Below, piece by piece: positions 27,762 through 33,250 of a DNA stretch of 33,250 bases. This stretch comes from Beijerinckiaceae bacterium (lineage in GTDB: Bacteria > Pseudomonadota > Alphaproteobacteria > Rhizobiales > Beijerinckiaceae): contig JAKONB010000402.1 in NCBI GenBank assembly GCA_022702195.1, positions 1 to 33,250 on the forward strand. The letters are read 5' to 3'. The notes beneath the pieces were generated by a model. That model saw only the letters and a list, made by a program, of their open reading frames with translations. It searched no databases and was not told where the DNA came from. Within the stretch, counting starts at the first letter, position 1. Each line of letters starts with the position of its first letter. Both the position numbers and the translations under genes were made by a program.

Positions 27762-28811
27762 CAGCCTCACATAGGTGTTCGTGCGCGCGATATCGGGCTG
27801 AAACCGGTCGAGGAGCTGATAGAGGCGGATGAGAGCCGCCGCGCGCGCCGGCTTTCGCATGGTCGCCACGAGCGTCCGGAGGAACGCCGCCACGTCGATG
27901 ACCGTGACGTCCTCGCCGGCCCGGGCCAAGGCGTCGGAATGGTCGGGAAAGCTCGCCTCGACCGACGCGACGATGTGGATCCGCTGGAGATCCGCCTGCC
28001 GCAACGAGACCACCGCAGCCGCCACCTTCGTGCGCCAGTCATTCGCCGTGACCTCGAAAGCCTCTTCGACGCGGTTGCCACGCAGGATCTGCACGTCACC
28101 GGCGACCCGCGACGCGGCATCGGTGGCATTCAGCCGTTTGGTTTCCACCCGCAGGCCACCGACCCCACCCTGCCCGGCCTCCTCGATCACCGCTTCGAGG
28201 CAGGCCGCCACGGCATATTGTTGGTAGGCCCCGCCTGACGGGACGGCGAGAAGCGCGTGCAGAAAGACGACGCATCGGTGGAAGGTCAGCGCGCTCCGGT
28301 CGAGATCCGGTTCCGGAAGGACGTTTCGGGCCGTCAGGGAGACCTGCGCGAGAACGTATCGGAACGCGGCGGCGCGCTCGGGATCGGTCGCCTCGTCCAG
28401 CCAACGGAGCGCCTGGTCGAAGGCGGGGACGTTGCCGCGGGCCAGCTGGTCGGTGTTCTTGCCGATGTTCTGGTAAGCGTCCCGAACCCCGGCGATATGG
28501 CGCTCGGCCAGCAGGATGCCGATGCCCTTGGCGACACCGCGCGCGCCATCGGGTCTGCGTGTGTAGCCACCGGCCGCGAGACCGCCTTCCAGGCCGAAGC
28601 CGAGTTGAACGATCAGGCCATCCCGGTAGGAGGCGCGGCTATCCGTCAGGACGGCATCCAGGAGAGTCGCCTTCTCGGCCGGCAACACTGCGCGGTCGGC
28701 GGAGGCTGACAGCGCGGCTTCGTCCGCGTTCTGGAGAGACCGATCCAGCGTCGCGCGAATTCTCGCCAGGACGCGGTCGGACGTCGTCGGTGTCCGCGGT
28801 GCCCTGGCCAT
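27729..28811 (-). CDS. Putative type II restriction endonuclease (PD-(D/E)xK-like; resembles the SacI family)
   Basis: 360 aa, RBS GGAGGGAG, convergent with and overlapping the MTase by 33 bp. 'SGGAYQQ...NATD...AGDVQ...EAFEVT' resembles a nuclease core. The family call is by recall only. Confidence 0.6.
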   Translation of the reverse strand: MARAPRTPTTSDRVLARIRATLDRSLQNADEAALSASADRAVLPAEKATLLDAVLTDSRASYRDGLIVQLGFGLEGGLAAGGYTRRPDGARGVAKGIGILLAERHIAGVRDAYQNIGKNTDQLARGNVPAFDQALRWLDEATDPERAAAFRYVLAQVSLTARNVLPEPDLDRSALTFHRCVVFLHALLAVPSGGAYQQYAVAACLEAVIEEAGQGGVGGLRVETKRLNATDAASRVAGDVQILRGNRVEEAFEVTANDWRTKVAAAVVSLRQADLQRIHIVASVEASFPDHSDALARAGEDVTVIDVAAFLRTLVATMRKPARAAALIRLYQLLDRFQPDIARTNTYVRLLRAHGLTAAP

Positions 28812-28959
28812 GTCGCTCCCTCCGGGGCGGCCATACCAGTCGGGACCCCGACGATCCAGGTTCGCGTGCGGCGCGTCCCGCCCGTGCGGGAGCCCCGCCG
28901 GCGCTCCGGCGCGGCACCATCCGTGTCACCCAACACCCCACAGCCCAAACACAGCCCTT

Positions 28960-29090
28960 GCAAATGCGAGATCACCTTCGATATTATACAGAACAACGGC
29001 CGATCAGAAGCAAATTCTACTTTCATAACGACCAGCAAAACAACAATTTTCCATCTCGCGGCACGGACGAAGGTGATTGTTTTTCCTGCC
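28960..29090. promoter_or_regulatory. AT-rich promoter region between the nuclease gene and the small ORF-cysE unit
   Basis: AT-rich island with A-tract/T-tract boxes at about 29006-29017, 29038-29049 and 29070-29084. Confidence 0.5.
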
Positions 29091-29155
29091 CCCCCTGGCT
29101 ATCGGGCGGCGGGACGCACGGATCACCCTCGCGGCGTGTGGCACGGAGGATCAGA

Positions 29156-29347
29156 ATGGCTCAAGGCGACCAAGTCATCTTCGCAAGGCTCGACGTGGCG
29201 GAGGCGCTGGGAATCTGGCGTCACGCCACCGGCCGGATCGTGGGCATCCACCCGACGCCGGACGCTCCCCTCGCGGTCGACGTGGCGTTCGACGGTCACG
29301 AAGTCCTGGTCGGCTACATCGCCGCCCTGTTCAAGCGCGTCGCCTGA
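29156..29347 (+). CDS. 63-aa hypothetical protein (small beta-rich domain)
   Basis: Strong RBS GGAGGA; GC3-rich codons; MAQGDQVIFARL...GRIVGI...VDVAFDG. Confidence 0.7.
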   Translation: MAQGDQVIFARLDVAEALGIWRHATGRIVGIHPTPDAPLAVDVAFDGHEVLVGYIAALFKRVA

Positions 29348-29434
29348 GCCATGCCGTCCGGCGCCGCCGCGGAGGCCGACCGCATGAACGCGGCCTTTCA
29401 TGCAACTGCAACGCAGACTGCAACGCAACACGCC

Positions 29435-30259
29435 ATGAATCGGCCTCCGTTGCGCACCATCAGTCACAGCGTCGCGGAAACCGACGTGTGGCGCGCCATG
29501 CGGGCGGAGGCGGAGGCCGCGCTGATCGAGGAACCGCTCTATGCGGGGATCATCCAGGCGACGATCCTTGACCAGCCGAGCCTTGCCCATGCCTTCGCCT
29601 ATCGCCTCGCCCACCGGCTCGGGGATGGCGACCTCGCGCGGCTGTCGATGCGCGACCTCTGCCTGTCGGCCTTCGAGGCCGACCCGCATGCCAGCGCCCA
29701 TGCGGTGCGCGACCTCGTCGCCATCCGCGAGCGCGACCCCACCTGCCGGCGCTACCTCGACCCGTTCCTGTTCTACAAGGGGCTGGCCGCCCTCGAAGGC
29801 TACCGGGTGGGGCACTGGCTCTGGCACCAGGGCCGCGCCACCCTGAGCCTCCACGTCCAGAGCCGGATCTCGGAGGTGTTCGGGGCCGACATCCACCCGG
29901 CCGCACGGATCGGGTCGGGGGTGTTCATCGATCACGCCACCGGCGTGGTCATCGGCGAGACCACCCGGGTGGCCGACGACGTCTCGATCCTGCAATCGGT
30001 GACGCTGGGGGGCAACGGCAAGGAGAGCGGCGACCGCCATCCGAAGATCGAGCGCGGGGTGCTGCTCAGCGTCGGCGCCAAGGTGCTGGGCAACATCCGG
30101 GTCGGCGAGGGGGCGAAGGTCGCCGCCGCCGCGGTGGTGCTGCACGACGTGCCGGCCCACACCACGGTGGCCGGCGTGCCGGGCCGGGTGGTGTCGCGGC
30201 TGTCGCCCACCGAGGAACCGGCCCAGAGCATGGACCAGTTCTTCGGCGACGGGATCTGA
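29435..30259 (+). CDS. cysE: Serine O-acetyltransferase
   Basis: 'RERDPTC', 'FYKG..ALEGYRVGHWLW', 'DIHPAARIGSGVFIDHATGVVIGET', 'TLGGNGKESGDRHPKI', 'VAGVPGR'. The start could be 29384. Confidence 0.95.
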   Translation: MNRPPLRTISHSVAETDVWRAMRAEAEAALIEEPLYAGIIQATILDQPSLAHAFAYRLAHRLGDGDLARLSMRDLCLSAFEADPHASAHAVRDLVAIRERDPTCRRYLDPFLFYKGLAALEGYRVGHWLWHQGRATLSLHVQSRISEVFGADIHPAARIGSGVFIDHATGVVIGETTRVADDVSILQSVTLGGNGKESGDRHPKIERGVLLSVGAKVLGNIRVGEGAKVAAAAVVLHDVPAHTTVAGVPGRVVSRLSPTEEPAQSMDQFFGDGI

Positions 30260-30395
30260 TCCGGCCTCCGCTCGCTTCGCGCGGCGGCGGCTCCTGGAGC
30301 ATCGTCCCGGAAACAGGATCCGGGGCGATGCCTCAGGCCCTCGATTTTGCACCGGCTCTTTCCGAGAACCGGCAACCACCTTTCGGGACGATGCC

Positions 30396-31265
30396 CTACC
30401 GCGACGCCGGCTGGTGCGCCCTGACCCGGGCCTCGATCGCCTCCAGCAGCCCCCCTTCGAACAGCATCGCCGAGCCGTAATGGAACTCGATGTCGAAGGG
30501 GCGCCGCGAATTCATCGACAGGGAGGCGCTGTGGAGGGCGAGGAGGCGCCCCTCGGCGTCGAACAGGCCGGACCCGGAACCGCCGAACCCGTTGCTGCAA
30601 TCGTGGCGGATCCGCCGGATGCCATCCTCGCTCGGGGGGTCGATCTGCCGGATCGCGCAGGATTCCAGGCTGGCCTGACCCGGATAATTGGCGTGTCCCC
30701 CGGGTGAGACCATGACGACCGGAAGGGTCTCGGACCCGGTGGCGAGGTCCGGCGCGTGGGGCACGGGCTGCGCCGGCACCCCCTCGACGGGGCGCGCCAG
30801 ATCCAGCAACGCCCAATCGTCGGTGATGTGCAGGGAGACCGCCCCCGGGGCGGTGCCGAGCCGGAGCGTGCCCGGCGCGAAATCGTAGTTCCGGCCGCCG
30901 ATCTGGAAGAAGCAATCGGCGACCTCCCGGGTCGGCTCCAGGTGGCGGCTGCGGAAATTGTGCGCGTTCAGCACCACCAGGCGCGGGCTGCCGATCAGCC
31001 AGGCGGCCGCCGCCTTGCGGGGAATGCCGTCCGCCCGGCAATAGAGCACCCCGGCCCCCGGGTAGCGCCGGTAATCCGCGCCGTCGAGTTCGCGTCTTCC
31101 ATCCCGGGGATACAGGGCGGCGCGCTGGACCGCCGCCCCGCCCGCGCCGGCGGGGACCGGCGGAGTCAGGCCCCCGAGCGCCGCCGCCCCGAGCGCCAGC
31201 CAGGCCCGCGCCCGGATCCAGGCGGCGCGGCCGGCAAAGCCCGTTCGGTGTCGGCACGGCCGCAT
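30396..31265 (-). CDS. Secreted trypsin-like (S1/V8-type) serine protease
   Basis: Hydrophobic signal peptide; triad motifs 'LNAHNF' (His), 'DDWALL' (Asp), 'HDC..GFGGSGSGL' (Ser). Start uncertain. Confidence 0.8.
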   Translation of the reverse strand: MRPCRHRTGFAGRAAWIRARAWLALGAAALGGLTPPVPAGAGGAAVQRAALYPRDGRRELDGADYRRYPGAGVLYCRADGIPRKAAAAWLIGSPRLVVLNAHNFRSRHLEPTREVADCFFQIGGRNYDFAPGTLRLGTAPGAVSLHITDDWALLDLARPVEGVPAQPVPHAPDLATGSETLPVVMVSPGGHANYPGQASLESCAIRQIDPPSEDGIRRIRHDCSNGFGGSGSGLFDAEGRLLALHSASLSMNSRRPFDIEFHYGSAMLFEGGLLEAIEARVRAHQPASR

Positions 31266-31403
31266 CGCTGTTTCCCCTCTTGTGGTTTCTGTCGATGGCG
31301 TCCGCGCAGGGTCGGCGAGACCGGTGCGGGCTCGGCCTCCCGGATGGCGTCCGACGTCCCAGAGCCTCGACGGACGAGGACGGACGTTGGGGCCGCGCGC
31401 GTT

Positions 31404-31429
31404 CCCCTCCCCCGCAGAGGGGGGAGGGG
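31404..31429. repeat. REP-like GC hairpin
   Basis: CCCCTCCCCC-GCAGAG-GGGGGAGGGG is a perfect 10-bp stem followed by a G-rich tail, in an intergenic position. Confidence 0.55.
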
Positions 31430-31504
31430 CGGTGCGGGGTCCCCGGCCATCGACGACGCGGGAACATCCTCACCCGAGCGGAAGCCGCATCCGCCCGGAC
31501 CGCC

Positions 31505-31804
31505 CTACTCGCTGGCCTTCTGGTGCACCGAGACGCAGATCTTGACCGCCTGCTCGAGCTTGATGTCGCCCGGGTTGCCGATATTGGCGGTCTCCTCCAG
31601 GCACCGGATGAAGTAGTTCATGTCGAGTTCCGGGGAGAGGCTGGAGAACGCCTTGCCCATCCGGGTCGCGAAATCGACCTTGTCGTCGGTGGAGGCGCGG
31701 GGCCAGCGGGTCACCGTATCGTCGAGGGCGAGCTTGGCCGCCTGAGCACTCCCCGCCAGCCCCACAGCAAAACATAAGACAAAACTAAGATAACGGACGA
31801 CCAT
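31505..31804 (-). CDS. Small secreted protein divergent from mxaF (occupies the position of mxaW)
   Basis: Signal peptide (AQA-A), two Cys, GC3-rich codons. mxaW identity is positional only. Confidence 0.75.
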   Translation of the reverse strand: MVVRYLSFVLCFAVGLAGSAQAAKLALDDTVTRWPRASTDDKVDFATRMGKAFSSLSPELDMNYFIRCLEETANIGNPGDIKLEQAVKICVSVHQKASE

Positions 31805-32177
31805 TCCAAACTCCGCGTGAGATCAAGACACGCCACCGGACCGATACCTTCGGGCCGGACAAGCAGGCGTGTCAATTCCATCGGTCGATCCGTATCGCAG
31901 GGCCGCCTGACCATGCCTGATCGCACCGGAGACATTGCCGATTTGTCCTGCCAAAAAAATGCCATCTGCCGGAAGACAGCGCTCGGGACAAATGCTTTTA
32001 TCAATAGCCAGAAGGTCAGTAATAAAACTTTTCTAAGACCGCTGAATACTTATGAGGCACTTAGAATGAGGGTGATTTTCGGCCGAAGGCGCGAGAACAC
32101 AGGCTGATCTGGTGAAATCAAGGCTGCGGCGGGCCTCCGGGTCAACGCGCGCGGCGTTCAGGGTAGGAGACGTTCAG
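31805..32177. promoter_or_regulatory. mxaF / divergent-gene promoter region
   Basis: AT-rich, with an A-tract AAAAAAATG at 31953-31961, AAGAC(A/C) elements at 31972-31978 and 32034-32040 and TAGAAT at 32062-32067. These resemble the known AAAGACA/TAGAAA mxaF promoter, but the spacing does not match exactly. Confidence 0.6.
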
Positions 32178-33250
32178 ATGAACAGGTTTCTGACATCGGT
32201 CTCGGTGCTGGCGTTCAGCGCCTTCGCACCGATGGTTCTGCCGACCATCGCCTCCGCGAACGACAAGCTCATCGAGCTGTCGAAGAGCGACGACAATTGG
32301 GTGATGCCGGGCAAGAACTACGATTCCGACAATTACAGCACGCTCAAGCAGATCAACACCGGCAACGTGAAGGACCTGAAGGTTTCCTGGACCTTCTCCA
32401 CCGGCCTGCTGAACGGGCACGAGGGCGCGCCGGTCGTCGTCGACAACAAGATGTACATCCACACCTCGTTCCCCAACAACACCTTCGCGCTGGGCCTCGA
32501 CGATCCGGGCCACATCCTGTGGCAGGACAAGCCCAAGCAGAACCCGGCCGCCCGCGCGGTGGCCTGCTGCGACCTCGTGAATCGCGGCCTCGCCTACTGG
32601 CCGGGCGACGGCAAGACCCCGGCGCTGATCCTCAAGACGCTGCTCGACGGCAACGTGGTGGCGCTGAACGCCCAGACCGGCGAGACCGTCTGGAAGGTCG
32701 AGAATTCCGACATCAAGGTCGGCTCGACGCTCACCATCGCCCCCTACGTGGTCAAGGACAAGGTGATCATCGGCTCCTCGGGCGCCGAGCTCGGCGTGCG
32801 CGGCTACCTCACCGCCTACGACGTGAAGACCGGTTCCCAGGTCTGGCGCGCCTACGCCACGGGTCCCGACCAGGACCTGCTGCTCGCTTCCGACTTCAAC
32901 ATCAAGAACGCCCATTACGGTCAGAAGGGCCTGGGCACCTCCACCTGGGAGGGCGATGCCTGGAAGATCGGCGGCGGCACCAACTGGGGCTGGTACGCCT
33001 ACGATCCGGGCACCAACCTGATTTATTTCGGAACCGGCAACCCGGCGCCGTGGAACGAGACCATGCGTCCCGGCGACAACAAGTGGACGATGACCATCTT
33101 CGGCCGCGACGCCGATACGGGTGAGGCCAAGTTCGGCTACCAGAAGACCCCGCACGACGAGTGGGATTACGCGGGCGTCAACGTGATGATGCTCTCGAAC
33201 CAGAAGGACAAGGACGGCAAGGACCGCAAGCTCCTGACCCATCCGGACCG
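32178..33250 (+). CDS. mxaF: Methanol dehydrogenase large subunit, PQQ- and Ca-dependent (5' part; runs off the window)
   Basis: Not in the ORF track because it has no stop in the window. RBS AGGAG; [48 protein letters not shown]; vicinal Cys '[11 protein letters not shown]' (32565-32570); 'DEWDYAG' (33156-33176). Confidence 0.97.
   Translation, partial: MNRFLTSVSVLAFSAFAPMVLPTIASANDKLIELSKSDDNWVMPGKNYDSDNYSTLKQINTGNVKDLKVSWTFSTGLLNGHEGAPVVVDNKMYIHTSFPNNTFALGLDDPGHILWQDKPKQNPAARAVACCDLVNRGLAYWPGDGKTPALILKTLLDGNVVALNAQTGETVWKVENSDIKVGSTLTIAPYVVKDKVIIGSSGAELGVRGYLTAYDVKTGSQVWRAYATGPDQDLLLASDFNIKNAHYGQKGLGTSTWEGDAWKIGGGTNWGWYAYDPGTNLIYFGTGNPAPWNETMRPGDNKWTMTIFGRDADTGEAKFGYQKTPHDEWDYAGVNVMMLSNQKDKDGKDRKLLTHPD

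Noticed and set aside
26535-28865. Target-site duplication or att sites around the R-M pair (shared CCATACC, CGACGATC, GGTTCG)
   Set aside because: The matches are short and in different order on the two sides; no convincing direct repeat, tRNA or integrase.
108-33242. Many long antisense or off-frame ORFs (e.g. 1010..3151, 7915..9276, 21812..23458, 25054..26658, 29932..31473, 32142..33242)
   Set aside because: They are shadows of real genes caused by high GC and scarce stop codons, and carry no recognisable motifs.
1-33250. tRNA, rRNA, IS elements or known riboswitches (TPP, FMN, cobalamin, SAM)
   Set aside because: None recognised by eye in the intergenic regions; tRNAscan and Infernal would be needed to exclude them formally.

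Overview
A GC-rich alphaproteobacterial chromosomal segment, almost certainly Methylobacterium/Methylorubrum-like, because it ends in the 5' part of the Ca-dependent methanol dehydrogenase gene mxaF. From left to right it contains: (1) a ~12-kb divergent organosulfur-scavenging cluster with four NitT/TauT/SsuA-type binding proteins, two permease/ATPase pairs, an LLM monooxygenase, an acyl-CoA-dehydrogenase-fold monooxygenase, a cupin and an OsmC-family protein; (2) a ModE-like HTH, cytochrome b561 and a fused ABC transporter; (3) a small block of probable general-stress genes, two with sigma-EcfG-like promoters; (4) a MocR/GabR-regulated four-gene operon: omega-amino acid:pyruvate aminotransferase, a malonate-semialdehyde-decarboxylase-like tautomerase (Pro1/Asp37/Arg73/Arg75 intact), alanine racemase and D-amino acid dehydrogenase; (5) a RadD-like helicase next to a convergent C5-methyltransferase/putative SacI-like nuclease pair; (6) cysE, a secreted trypsin-like protease, a small secreted protein and mxaF. 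The best candidate for an undescribed system is block 4. It reads as a self-contained, pyruvate-recycling route converting beta-alanine (or possibly hypotaurine) to acetaldehyde, CO2 and ammonia, using a decarboxylase instead of the usual semialdehyde dehydrogenase. All family calls come from motif recognition; no database search was run.
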